From: an uncultured Verrucomicrobiae bacterium
GTDB taxonomy: Bacteria; Verrucomicrobiota; Verrucomicrobiia; Chthoniobacterales; UBA10450
Direction: 5' to 3'
Assembly (NCBI GenBank): GCA_963834385.1
Contig: CAWIBO010000002.1
Span: 512,001-576,000, forward strand
Length of the DNA stretch: 64,000 nucleotides
Under the pieces are notes generated by a model. It saw only the letters and a program-made list of their open reading frames with translations. It searched no databases and was not told where the DNA came from. Positions within the stretch are counted from its first letter, which is position 1. Each line of letters opens with the position of its first letter. Shown here piece after piece: positions 50,074 through 59,871 of the stretch. A program made the translations under genes and the position numbers.

Positions 50074-53000
50074 CTAATGGAAATCGTGGGAACTGCTTCC
50101 CACCAGTCCCTCCTGAAGCAGGGGGAGGATCTTCCCTGCCTTGATCAGGACCACGCCGTCGGAATTTTGCACCGTGCCCTCGATGATGAGGAACGTCTCT
50201 TCCGTGATGAGAAGACGCTGCCGCTCAAACATGTCCGGGGTGACAATGGCATTGGCGACGCCGGTCTCATCTTCCAGGCTGATAAAAACGAACCCCCGGG
50301 CCGTTCCCGGCCGCTGGCGGCAGATGACATTCCCGGCGATCTGGATGGTCTGGCCATGGCGGGCCTGCGTTAACTCCGCCGCGCACCACGCCTCCGGCAG
50401 GCGCGCGCGCAGAAGCTTCATCGGATGCGGCCCGGTGGTGAGGTTTTGCGTGGTGTAATCAGCCCTGACTCGCTCCGGCAACGTCATCGGGGCCAGCGGC
50501 ATTTCCGTCTGGAGCGGACCCTGTGGGACGCCGTCGAACAGCGGCTCGGGCGGCAGTTCCTCCACGCGCCAGAGGGCCGCGCGGCGATGGGCCGCGAAAT
50601 GGTTGAGCGCGCCGGCCTCCGCCAGGGTGCGCCATTCCTCGCGGGTCAGTTCCACTTTCCGCTTCAGCTCATCCAGGGAAGAGACGCCGGGGCGCGAGCG
50701 CACCAGGGCCTCGCCATGTTCCTGGCGCAACCCCTGCACCTGGCAAAGCCCGAGCCGGATGGTGGTGTCATCCACCACCTGGCAGCGCCAGGCGGATTCG
50801 ACCGCGCAGACCGGCAGAAACCTGAGGCCATGCCGCAGGCCATCCTTGACGATGGTGGCCGGGGCATAGAAACCCATCGGCTGGTTGTTGAGCAGGCTGG
50901 CGTAAAATTCCGAGGCCCGGTGCGTCTTCAAATAGGCGCTGCCGTAGGCCAGAATGGCAAAGCTGATCGCGTGCGACTCCGGGAAACCGTAAACCGCGAA
51001 GGAGGAAATCGCCTGCAGGATCTTCTCGATGATCTCCGGCGCCACCTTCTTCCGCTGCATCGCCTCGCGCAGTTTCACGGTCACCCTGCTCATCCGTTCC
51101 TGGGACCGGTGAAAACTCAGGGCCCGCCGCAGTTCCTCCGCCTCGCTCCCGGAAAAATCGGCCATGATCATGGCGATCTTGAGGAGCTGCTCCTGGAAAA
51201 GGGGCACGCCGAGGGTCCGGCCCAGGACAGGTTTGAGCCGCTCGTCGAAATAGGTCACCGGCTCGCGCCCGGCCCGGCGGGCCAGGTAAGGATGCACCAT
51301 GTCGCCCTGGATCGGTCCCGGCCGGATGATGGCCACTTCGATCACCACATCGTAAAAGCACTTTGGCTTTAACCGCGGCAACGTCGCCATCTGCGCGCGG
51401 CTTTCGATCTGGAAGACACCGATGGTGTCGGCCCGGCACATCATCTCGAAGGTGGCCTCGTCATCCTTGGGCAGATGAGCCAGGTCCAGCGGGCGGCCCC
51501 GTTCCCGGCAAAGTTCAAAGGTGTCCTGCATGACCGCCATCATGCCGAGCCCGAGGAGGTCGACCTTGATGATGCCAAGATCCTCGCAATCATCCTTGTC
51601 CCATTGCGCCACCACCCGTCCCGGCATGGAGGCGTTCTCCAGCGGGACAAACGAACTCAGCTTGTCCTGGCAGATGATCATCCCGCCGGAATGCTGGCCG
51701 AGGTGACGCGGGAGCCCGTAGACCGCGCGATAAAGGGAGATAAAAGCCGGCAACCGCGGGTGGGTCGCGGGAAGACCGGCCTGCTCGATCTGCGCGGAAA
51801 GATCGAGCGTGTGTGGAAAATCGCCGTTGGCGAAGAGATGCGAAAATCGGTCGAGCACGTTCGCCGGCAGATTGAGGGCCTTGCCAATTTCGCGCGCGGC
51901 GCTGCGCCCCCGGTAGGTGATGACGTTGGCCGTCATGGCCGCGCCCTGTTTGCCGTAGCGCCGGTAGACCTCCTGGATGACGCGCTCGCGGCGGTCCCCG
52001 CTCGGCAGGTCGAGGTCGATGTCGGGCCAGCCTTTGCGGCCTTCGCTCAGGAACCGCTCAAAGACGAGATGGTTGCTCACCGGATCGACCGGGGTGATGC
52101 CGAGGCAATAGCAGACCGCGCTGTTCGCGGCGCTGCCGCGCCCCTGCACCATGATATTGTTCTCCCGGCAGAAATTGACGATGTCCCAGACGATCAGAAA
52201 ATAGCCGGAAAAGCCGAGCCGGATGATGAGAGAGAGTTCCTCCTCCAGTTTTCGTTTCACCGCGGTGCTGATGGCGGCGTAGCGCTGTTGCGCCCCAAAA
52301 AGGGTGATCGTGCGCAGGAACGAGTTCATGTCGTGCCCTGCCGGCACGGGAAAATCCGGGAAGCTGTAGCCGATGTTCTCGAGGGAAAACTCGAGCCTCT
52401 CCGCGAGGCGCTCGGTGTTCGTGATCGCCTCCGGCAAATCGCGAAAGAGCGCGCGCATCTCGCCATCGCTCTTCACGTGGCGCTCGGCGTTTTGCGTCAG
52501 CAGCCTGCCGGCGGCGTCGAGATGAGTGTGCTCGCGGATGCAGGTGAAAACATCGAGCACCTCGCGCCCGGGCGGCGCGGCGTATTGCACGCCGTTCGTG
52601 GCCAGGAGCGGCAGCCGGAACTGCGCCGCCAGATCGACCAGCGCGCGATTGGTCCTTTCCTCGCCGCGCAGGAAATGCCGTTGCAATTCCACGTAAACAT
52701 TTTCGCGGCCGAAGGCGTCGATTAAGCGCTGAGTATGGGAAGCAACCTCTCGGGTAGGGTGGGCGTCCCGCCCGCCGGCGAACGCGTCTCGCGTTCGCGA
52801 ACTTTGGGAGAAAGATCGTTTCGGCGAGACGCCGAAACCGGCGGGCGGGACGCCCACCCTACCCGAGAGCGCGACCAGCCCTTCGCTAAACTTGGGGAGC
52901 TCGCTCCACTGCACCGCGCACTCGCCTTTCACCTCGCTGCGGAGATGCGCTTCCGTCAGGAGCAAACACAGATTCGCGTAGCCCGTGCGGCTTTTCACGA

Positions 53001-53232
53001 GCAACGGCAGAACGCTGCCGTCTTCCATGGTCAGCTCCGCGCCGACGATCGGTCGCACGCCCTGCTCGCGCGCCGCCACCGAAAAACGCTGCGCCCCGTA
53101 AACGCCGTTCCGGTCCAGCAAGGCCAGGGCCGGCAAGCCCTGCGCCCCCGCCCTCTCCGCCAGGTGCTCGGGAAAAGAGGCGCCCTGGAGAAAACTGAAG
53201 GCGCTGCAGGCATGAAGTTCCACGTAGGCCAT
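50074..53232 (-). CDS. dnaE2: Error-prone DNA polymerase DnaE2 (ImuC)
   Basis: YVELHACSAFSFL, GRGSAANS, PDIDLD, PRHLGQHSGG, FQIESRAQM, YGFPESHA, QRPGTA, C-terminal SHDFH. Confidence 0.95.
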   Translation of the reverse strand: MAYVELHACSAFSFLQGASFPEHLAERAGAQGLPALALLDRNGVYGAQRFSVAAREQGVRPIVGAELTMEDGSVLPLLVKSRTGYANLCLLLTEAHLRSEVKGECAVQWSELPKFSEGLVALSGRVGVPPAGFGVSPKRSFSQSSRTRDAFAGGRDAHPTREVASHTQRLIDAFGRENVYVELQRHFLRGEERTNRALVDLAAQFRLPLLATNGVQYAAPPGREVLDVFTCIREHTHLDAAGRLLTQNAERHVKSDGEMRALFRDLPEAITNTERLAERLEFSLENIGYSFPDFPVPAGHDMNSFLRTITLFGAQQRYAAISTAVKRKLEEELSLIIRLGFSGYFLIVWDIVNFCRENNIMVQGRGSAANSAVCYCLGITPVDPVSNHLVFERFLSEGRKGWPDIDLDLPSGDRRERVIQEVYRRYGKQGAAMTANVITYRGRSAAREIGKALNLPANVLDRFSHLFANGDFPHTLDLSAQIEQAGLPATHPRLPAFISLYRAVYGLPRHLGQHSGGMIICQDKLSSFVPLENASMPGRVVAQWDKDDCEDLGIIKVDLLGLGMMAVMQDTFELCRERGRPLDLAHLPKDDEATFEMMCRADTIGVFQIESRAQMATLPRLKPKCFYDVVIEVAIIRPGPIQGDMVHPYLARRAGREPVTYFDERLKPVLGRTLGVPLFQEQLLKIAMIMADFSGSEAEELRRALSFHRSQERMSRVTVKLREAMQRKKVAPEIIEKILQAISSFAVYGFPESHAISFAILAYGSAYLKTHRASEFYASLLNNQPMGFYAPATIVKDGLRHGLRFLPVCAVESAWRCQVVDDTTIRLGLCQVQGLRQEHGEALVRSRPGVSSLDELKRKVELTREEWRTLAEAGALNHFAAHRRAALWRVEELPPEPLFDGVPQGPLQTEMPLAPMTLPERVRADYTTQNLTTGPHPMKLLRARLPEAWCAAELTQARHGQTIQIAGNVICRQRPGTARGFVFISLEDETGVANAIVTPDMFERQRLLITEETFLIIEGTVQNSDGVVLIKAGKILPLLQEGLVGSSSHDFH
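52747..52869. mobile_element. 123-bp GTAG-type palindromic (REPIN/MITE-like) element in frame within dnaE2
   Basis: Perfect 32-bp inverted repeats at 52747-52778 and 52838-52869, enclosing two internal hairpins. Confidence 0.8.
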
Positions 53233-53243
53233 GGCGCGCTCAC

Positions 53244-54242
53244 CTAGTCGTAAAGGCCGTCCACCAGCCACCGGCCGTCCGGCTCCCGGTGACATCGCCA
53301 GATGGTCCCGTCGGCCAGCGCGAAATCCCATTCCACCCGGTCCCAGGCTTCCCGGTCCCACCAATCGCCCGAGAAAGGATAGGGACCGCGCCGATCCCGG
53401 ATCATCTTCTGCCCCGCACCCTGCCGCAGCCACCGCGGTTGCGCGTTCTCCATGATCACCGTGGCCGGCACCGGCCGGCGAAACCGCCGCAGGGCGCAGG
53501 AGGCCGGCCATGGTTCCTCATTTTCTTTTTCGGCCGGGCCCGGGTCGTCCGGAGTGGTCCAGGAAAACGGCCTCATGGCAAACGCATCCGGCCGATGAGT
53601 ATCGCGCGGAACCGGCGTGCCCACCCGGTCGGCGCCGAGCAAACCGGTCAGGCGCGCCAGCGTTTCGTATAACTGGCCCGGCCGCCGCAGGGTGGTCTCG
53701 AAAAGGCCGAATTGCTGTGGTGCCGGCGCCACCGGACGGGCCTCGAGCGAGACGGCCGTGATCGGGTGCTCCGATTTAAAATCCTCCAGGTGCGCGTGCA
53801 GCATCCGGAAGAGGACTTCCACGCTGCCGGTCGGTTCCGGAACCTTGAAGAGATGATCGTAGACCGATTTATCCGCAAACCGGAGCTGCAATTCCAGTTC
53901 GCCCACCACGACATGGAGACCGCCCAGGCGCGCCATCAGTTGCTCGAGGAACCGGCGCAGAATGAAAAGGAGCGGCTCCACCGTCTCGATCTCCTGCTCG
54001 AATTCGTGGCTTTCGCGGAATGATTCCGGCGGCCGCACCAAACGGAGCACCCGGGTGGTCCGGCCGCAGGCGCGTTCCCAGAGCCGGACCGCCGCCGGCC
54101 CGAGCCGGTCGCTCACCTCGTCCCGCTTCAGCGCGGCGAACTGTCCCACGGTGTGCAGACCCCAGCGGTGCAGCAAGGCAATGACCGCCGCCGCCTCGCG
54201 CGCCGCTTCGCCCTTTTTCCTGCGCCCCCCTTTTGTCGTCAT
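53244..54242 (-). CDS. imuB: ImuB-like protein lacking the N-terminal Y-family polymerase-like domain
   Basis: L.RWGL.TVGQFAAL....V..RLG; little-finger-like region; QFGLF clamp motif; C-terminal GDWW..EWD..W...GLYD directly upstream of dnaE2. Confidence 0.8.
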   Translation of the reverse strand: MTTKGGRRKKGEAAREAAAVIALLHRWGLHTVGQFAALKRDEVSDRLGPAAVRLWERACGRTTRVLRLVRPPESFRESHEFEQEIETVEPLLFILRRFLEQLMARLGGLHVVVGELELQLRFADKSVYDHLFKVPEPTGSVEVLFRMLHAHLEDFKSEHPITAVSLEARPVAPAPQQFGLFETTLRRPGQLYETLARLTGLLGADRVGTPVPRDTHRPDAFAMRPFSWTTPDDPGPAEKENEEPWPASCALRRFRRPVPATVIMENAQPRWLRQGAGQKMIRDRRGPYPFSGDWWDREAWDRVEWDFALADGTIWRCHREPDGRWLVDGLYD

Positions 54243-54254
54243 GGCGGCGTCTCT

Positions 54255-56184
54255 TCACCGTGGCTCGAGCAGGCGGCGTTTGCTTTCGGCGGGCAGGGAG
54301 GAACCGCTGATCCAGGCGCGGGCCTGGGCCGGGTCCGACTTCATCCAGTTGCCCGCGAGCGATTCCATCTGGGAAAGTCGTTTCTCCTCGTGACCGATGG
54401 TCTCGGCCCATTGCAGCGCGGCCGCGGCATCGGTCTGGGCGATGCGGCGGGCAAAAGCCGTGACGGCGGTGTCGCGCGAAGAACCTCCGGCCATCCCGCC
54501 GAGCCAGGCCCCGGCGGCGTGGAGATCGCTCTGCGACCAGCGTGTGACCACGTTCTCGACTGCGCGTTCCTGCGCGGGACCGTTGAGCGAAAGCGCCCAG
54601 CGCGCGGCCGCGGCGGGATCCTGCCCCGCCCATTGCATGGCAATGGCGCCGGCGGCGCTCGCCTGGGGTTCGCCGGCGGGCAGACGCGCCACCAGCCCGC
54701 CCGCCGCCGAGGGATCCGTCTGGGCCAGGGTGGAAATAATGCCGGGCAGACACAAGGTCGCGCACCCGCGCGTCGCTCTGCGCGTTGGCCCAGGCCAGCG
54801 CCCCGGCCGGGTCGAGGTTCGACCATTGCCGCGAAAGATTTTCCAGGAGCGTTTTGCGGTGGTCGGCGTCGCTCAGTTGCGCGGCGAACTCCGCCGCCGC
54901 TTTCGGGTCCGATTCCCCCCAGTTCGAGAGCACGCTGGCGTAGGCGTTCTGGCGGGCCGGGCCGGACGGAAGTTTCTCGGCCCAGTTGATCGCCTCCTGC
55001 ACGTCGGTGTTCGCCATCTGCACCGCCACCGCCCCGATGGCTTCCTCCTTCATTTTGCCCGGGGGCATGGCCTCGATGTAACCGGCCGCGGCGGAAGGTT
55101 CCGCCTGCACCCAGGCCGTCAGGGTCGCGCGCAACGCGTTCTGCTGCGCTTCGCCCGCCGGCAGTCGCTCCGCCCAGGCGAGCGCGGCCCGGGCGTCGCC
55201 CTGCGCCCACTGCCGGGCCACGTTGTTGATCGATTGGTCGCGCACGTTCCCCGGCGGCATGGCTTCCACCAGCGCCGCCGCCCGTTCCGGATCACGCCCG
55301 GCCCAGTTCGCCACGATGTTCTGCAGCGCGCTGCTGCGGCCCTGGCCCGCCGGCAGCGCGCTGGCCCAGTCGTAGGCCGCCTCGGGATCCTGGTTGGCCC
55401 AGTTGCTCGCCACCACCTGCAAGGCATTATTGCGGCTGGCCCCCGCCGGCAGCCCGGCCGCGCGCTCCGCCGCCGCCACCGGGTCGGTCGCGGTCCAGCG
55501 CGCAAACACCGGCCAGTACAAACCCTGCCGCGCCCGGCCCGCCGGCAGGTTCTCCAGGAATCCCAGCGCCGCCTCCGGATCTCGCTCCGCCAGGCTGTTC
55601 ACGATATTCTGCATGGCCTGGTCGCGCGGCGGCCCGGCCGGGAGCTGTTGCACCCAGGAGGTGGCCGCGGAAATATCGTTCTCGGCCCAGCCGCTCACGG
55701 CACTGGCGGTGGCCCAGTTCCGCGCCGGGCCCGGCGGCAAACCCTGCGCAAAGGCAATGGCCCCCGTGGGGTCGAACTCCGCCCAGCGCGCCACCAGCAT
55801 CGGCATCAGCATGTTCCTCTCCTGCTGCTGCGGCAGGGCCTGCGCGAAGGCGAGCACTTCCTGGATGTTTTCCGGCGTGATCGCGTCGGCGATCCGACTG
55901 AACGCAGCGTAGGCATGGCGTTTCCCCGGCCGCGCCAGGGCCTGGCGCAGACTGGCAATCAAATCGCCGCTGCTCGCCCCTTCCTTCAGGGGCTTTGCCG
56001 GGGCCGCGCCGGTCCCGTTCGCCGGCAGGGAAGTCGGCTCGGGCCGGGAAGGCGGCGGGGAACCCGGGAGAGGCACAGCCGGCCTGGCCACGGCCGGGCG
56101 GGAGGGCTCGGAGGGAAGAAGAAAGCGGCCGACCAATAATCCGGCCAGGAAAACCGGGAGCAAAAAAAGCAGAGACCGCTTCAC
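54255..56184 (-). CDS. Membrane-anchored tandem helical-repeat protein (~31-32 aa W..DP.AA..WA..LP.G..R repeats); apparent +1 frameshift near 54750-54755
   Basis: N-terminal hydrophobic segment, Pro-rich linker, more than 12 repeats (WAEFDPTGAIAFAQGLPPGP, WANQDPEAAYDWASALPAGQ); repeats resume in ORF 54255..54755. GTG start is inferred. Confidence 0.78.
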
Positions 56185-56210
56185 GGGAAGAAAATGAGGC
56201 AAGACGCAGT

Positions 56211-56228
56211 TATGTTCAAGTGAACATA
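56211..56228. promoter_or_regulatory. LexA (SOS) box, Verrucomicrobia type TGTTC-N4-GAACA
   Basis: taTGTTCaagtGAACAta, an extended palindrome about 30 bp upstream of the repeat-protein/imuB/dnaE2 run. Confidence 0.8.
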
Positions 56229-56229
56229 T

Positions 56230-58212
56230 TTAGATAATCTGCACCGGACATTTCGGCAATGCTTTCATGAACGAGCGCCCATACGGCTTTGAGACCACCC
56301 TGTTATCCAGAATCACCACGATCCCTTCGTCGCTCCGGGTCCGGATCAGGCGCCCCACCCCCTGCCGAAATTTCAAGATCGCTTCCGGCAGCGAAAACTC
56401 GGTGAACGGGTCGCCCCCCCGCTCCTCCACCAGTTCCAGCTTCGCCTCAATCAGGGGATGATCGGGCACGGCAAACGGGAGCCGCGTGATGATGACATTG
56501 GAAAGGGCTTCGCCCGGGACATCGACCCCCATCCAGAAGCTGTCCGTGCCGAAAAGGACACTGCGCGGCGTGGTCTTGAACTGTTCCAGCAATCGGCCGC
56601 GCGGCGCGCCCTGCCCCTGCACCAGGAGATTCAGCCCTTTCTCCTCGAAAAAATCGCCCATCTTTTCGGCCAGTTCCTGCATCCCGCGATAACTGGTAAA
56701 AAGCACAAAGGCGCGCCCGCCCGTATCCTCCACGAATTTTCCCACCCAGCGCGCCAGCTCCTCCTGGTAACGCTCGTGCCGCGGGTCGGGCATTTTCTGC
56801 ACCACGAAAACCTTCATCTGCCGCTCGAAATCAAACGGGCTGCCGAGCTGGCGCGGCTCGGCCTCGGTCGCGCCGATACGTTCCCGGAAATAGGCCAGGT
56901 CGGCCCGCCCCACCGCCAGGGTGGCGCTGGTCATGACGCAGCAGCAGTTCTCGCGGAAGAGCATTCGGCGCAGGACCGGCGCGATGTCGACCGGGGCGGC
57001 GTTCAGGGAAAGGAACTGTCCGAGCTTGCCGGTGCGCTCGACCCAGTAGACGTGGCCGGCGGCGGCCTGCTCGAGGAAAATGACGAGCGCGTCGCGCGCC
57101 TCCCGCAACCGGCGCCCCATTTCCTGGAGTTCGGCCTTGAGAAACTCGTCCTCGTGTTTGCGCACGATCTCGATGAGCCGCGCCTGGATTCCGAGCAGAC
57201 GCGGGCTCAGGGTGTCGGGCACCAGGCCGGGCTGCCGGATGCGTTGTTCGCGTCCCTTGCGAAAGCCGGCGCGTTCCTCCACCCGGCTGAAAAAGAGATC
57301 GATGTCGTCGAGCAGCTCGGCCGCCATGGTCACGCCCGCGGCGTCGCGCGTGACGGTGAAGAGACCCTTGCGCGTTTTCGGATTGTAAAGCCGTTGCACC
57401 GCGCCGCGCAGGCCGTACTGCGCCACGCCGATCCCGATCTGGCGCGAAGCCACTCCCTCGACCGTGTGGGCCTCGTCGAAGATGAGGAAATCATTTGGGA
57501 AAAGGAACCCGCTCTCGCGTTCCTCCTGCTCGTCCACGCTCCCGAGGAGCATGAAGAGGAGAGTGTGATTGACGACAATGACGTCGGCGGCGAGGAGGCG
57601 CTTGCGCATCTGCTGGTAGAAACAGTCGCTCCCCTGCCCGCAGTTTTTGGCCGTGCAGATGTGCGCCTCGCTGCACACCTGCGCCCAGACTTTCGGGTCG
57701 GGCTCCACCGGCAGATCGCTCAGGGAACCGTCGGTGGTTCGTGCCGCCCAGAGGGCGAGCTGATCGAGTTCCGCCTGTTCCGAGGTGGTGAAAAGCTCGG
57801 CGGCGGCCTGGCGCGCGCGCTCGAGCCGGCGCGGACAGAGATAATTCTGCCGGCCTTTCATGAGCGCGGCGGTGAACTCGACCGGGAGCACCTTCTTCAG
57901 GATGGGAATGTCTTTCCCGATGAGCTGTTCCTGGAGGTTGATCGTGTGGGTGGAGATGACGGCCTTGCGCGAGCGTTCCCGGGCGTAAAGAATCGCCGGA
58001 ATCAGGTAGGCGATCGATTTGCCGACGCCGGTGCCCGCTTCCACCACGAGATGCCGTTCCTCCTCGAGCACGCGCGCCACCGCCACCGCCATTTCCTGCT
58101 GTTCCCGGCGATACTCGAAATTCTTCGCCTTGGAGAGGAGACCTTCCTCGGAAAAAATGGTGCGGACGCGCTCGACGAAGTCGCTCTCGATCGATTCCTT
58201 CAGGGCGATCAT
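56230..58212 (-). CDS. dinG: DinG/YoaA-family Fe-S DNA helicase
   Basis: Q motif, EAGTGVGKS, KGRQNYLC, Cys cluster, DEAH, TSATL, GVDVPG, QGVGRLIR. Confidence 0.92.
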   Translation of the reverse strand: MIALKESIESDFVERVRTIFSEEGLLSKAKNFEYRREQQEMAVAVARVLEEERHLVVEAGTGVGKSIAYLIPAILYARERSRKAVISTHTINLQEQLIGKDIPILKKVLPVEFTAALMKGRQNYLCPRRLERARQAAAELFTTSEQAELDQLALWAARTTDGSLSDLPVEPDPKVWAQVCSEAHICTAKNCGQGSDCFYQQMRKRLLAADVIVVNHTLLFMLLGSVDEQEERESGFLFPNDFLIFDEAHTVEGVASRQIGIGVAQYGLRGAVQRLYNPKTRKGLFTVTRDAAGVTMAAELLDDIDLFFSRVEERAGFRKGREQRIRQPGLVPDTLSPRLLGIQARLIEIVRKHEDEFLKAELQEMGRRLREARDALVIFLEQAAAGHVYWVERTGKLGQFLSLNAAPVDIAPVLRRMLFRENCCCVMTSATLAVGRADLAYFRERIGATEAEPRQLGSPFDFERQMKVFVVQKMPDPRHERYQEELARWVGKFVEDTGGRAFVLFTSYRGMQELAEKMGDFFEEKGLNLLVQGQGAPRGRLLEQFKTTPRSVLFGTDSFWMGVDVPGEALSNVIITRLPFAVPDHPLIEAKLELVEERGGDPFTEFSLPEAILKFRQGVGRLIRTRSDEGIVVILDNRVVSKPYGRSFMKALPKCPVQII

Positions 58213-58403
58213 GCCCGCCCGGCTCCCACCGTTTTCATCCCTGCTATTCTGCGCGATCACCGGCTTTATGCGAGGGACAATCCGGCAGCGAGACTCAGTT
58301 CGTGATCCAGGACACTAATGGATATCTTGTTCCAAGATGCCTGACCATGAGGTGGTGACTTATCCTGCGGCGTCGCCTCGGATATCACTGCTCGATCGCT
58401 CCA

Positions 58404-58560
58404 CGGAAAATGTTCGCCACAGATTTACACAGATTGGGATCGCCTGTGATTTTCCCATCTGTGAAAATCTGTGTCCATCTGTGGATGATCTCTTCCTGAA
58501 CTCGGAGATGACGCTGGCGGGCAACGTCTACCGGCTCGGGATCGACGAGATCGCGATCCG
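58404..58560 (+). repeat. Island repeat unit, copy A1 (3' part)
   Basis: gccacagatttacacagat..atctgtgaaaatctgtgtccatctgtggatgatctc..gctggcgggcaacgtctaccggctcgggatcgacgagatcgcgatccg; homologous to 60811-60952 and 61858-62019. Confidence 0.88.
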
Positions 58561-58671
58561 CGCAAATAAGTTTGAAGAGCATAAGCCGGGAAAACGCTGG
58601 GACGATATCCTCAAGAAGGGACGCTCAGGTTCGGAAGGAATTCCTTGGCTCTACCCCCAGATTCCAAAGCC

Positions 58672-59121
58672 ATGGGACGAAAAAACATCTCGTTAATAGT
58701 TGCCTTTGGCGTCCTTCTAGGAAGCTCGTCTGGTCTTAATGCGGGAGAACTAGAGTTAATTGTTGTGCCCCGAAAGTTGATCGTGCCCGCCACCGGACAC
58801 ATCACGTTCGACGCTTATCTCTTTAACAACAGTTCCAAAGAAGTTTCGGCAGGATCGCCTCAAGGGAGCTATAAATTGGTCTGGGCCTCGACTGATGTTT
58901 CCAATCGTCGCCCCAAGAGAGAAGATACCGACCACATAATCGGCACGCACACTATCCGCGATTACAAGCTGAAACCGGGTGGGGCAGCAAAGACGACTGT
59001 TGCTACGACGGTCGATACTCAACCAGGAGATTTATTCGAGTTTCACATCATTCTTGAACCCAAGACGGGTACTGGCTCTGTGATCCGCAGTAACTCGGTC
59101 CTTTTGTATCGACCCCAATGA
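58672..59121 (+). CDS. Hypothetical exported protein (island cassette 1; candidate immunity protein)
   Basis: Signal-like N-terminus MGRKNISLIVAFGVLLG..LNA; beta-rich; lower GC than the flanks. Confidence 0.65.
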   Translation: MGRKNISLIVAFGVLLGSSSGLNAGELELIVVPRKLIVPATGHITFDAYLFNNSSKEVSAGSPQGSYKLVWASTDVSNRRPKREDTDHIIGTHTIRDYKLKPGGAAKTTVATTVDTQPGDLFEFHIILEPKTGTGSVIRSNSVLLYRPQ

Positions 59122-59139
59122 GACGACGAGGTGTTGGAG

Positions 59140-59190
59140 AAGGGGGTCGGCCCCATTTTCGCATTTTTGATGACCTGAGCCGGATCTGTC
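59140..59190 (+). repeat. Island repeat unit, 5' part (B1)
   Basis: aagggggtcggccccattttcgcatttttgatgacctgagccggatc resembles 61779-61826. Confidence 0.8.
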
Positions 59191-59261
59191 GGATTGAACT
59201 CAATCTGCCTGGCGGCGCCATCTGGGACCTCTACAGTTAGGATGTCCTGAGTCGGCTGGCC

Positions 59262-59801
59262 ATGATCTCTCGTTTTATCGCCGTGACGGTCTTACTCGGC
59301 ATGATCCGGTTGGATGCGGCTCCGCTCGACGTGACCCTGAAGGCAGATAAAGCGCGTTATCAAACCGGAGATTCAATCCGTTTGTCGATTCATTTGAGAA
59401 ATGCTTCTTCGGACACAATACGGATATTGCCGCAACCCGAAGTATATCCTGCTGGCGCGTTCCGGATTTCTGCCGCAAGTGGCAAAAAGAAACTTTCGAC
59501 GCGCAAGATCGGCCACACCGTTTTGGACACCGGCGTATGGAGTCGTGATGCAGTGGTCTTGAAGTCGGGAGAATCCTGCGTTCGCCGGATCCCTGTAGGC
59601 GTCCGTCGAACTGCTGGGGGTATCATATTGTCCTTTCCGCTGGGAGACGTGCTCCTGCCGCAAAGCGGGACCTACAACTTCCAATACGTATATGATTCCC
59701 GGGAGCATCCGATTCTGGAATACTTCAGGAGGTCGCGGATCCCAATGTGGGAGGGCATTGTGAAATCACAGCCGTTACGACTTACGTTTGGAACGGAATA
59801 G
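59262..59801 (+). CDS. Hypothetical exported Ig-like protein (island cassette 2)
   Basis: Signal peptide; LKADKARYQTGDSIRLSIHLRNAS..L.SGES..GTY..W.G...SQPL pattern. Confidence 0.68.
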   Translation: MISRFIAVTVLLGMIRLDAAPLDVTLKADKARYQTGDSIRLSIHLRNASSDTIRILPQPEVYPAGAFRISAASGKKKLSTRKIGHTVLDTGVWSRDAVVLKSGESCVRRIPVGVRRTAGGIILSFPLGDVLLPQSGTYNFQYVYDSREHPILEYFRRSRIPMWEGIVKSQPLRLTFGTE

Positions 59802-59871
59802 CGTTGGTACCCATGACCTGATCGAGATCAGCCGGCATTACTTAGCAAAACCAAGACTGTGGCTCAAACTG

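Noticed and set aside
52747..52869. Intein or intron in dnaE2
   Set aside because: Only 41 codons, no C/S..HN splice motifs; fully explained by a DNA palindrome.
56230..58212. DinG as a type IV CRISPR or defence helicase
   Set aside because: Ordinary YoaA/DinG motifs, host-like composition and no csf/cas neighbours.
58337..58696. ORF 58337..58696 (and 60628..61011) as real genes
   Set aside because: They read through the non-coding palindromic repeat, whose copies differ by indels; only the RHS-like stub looks coding.
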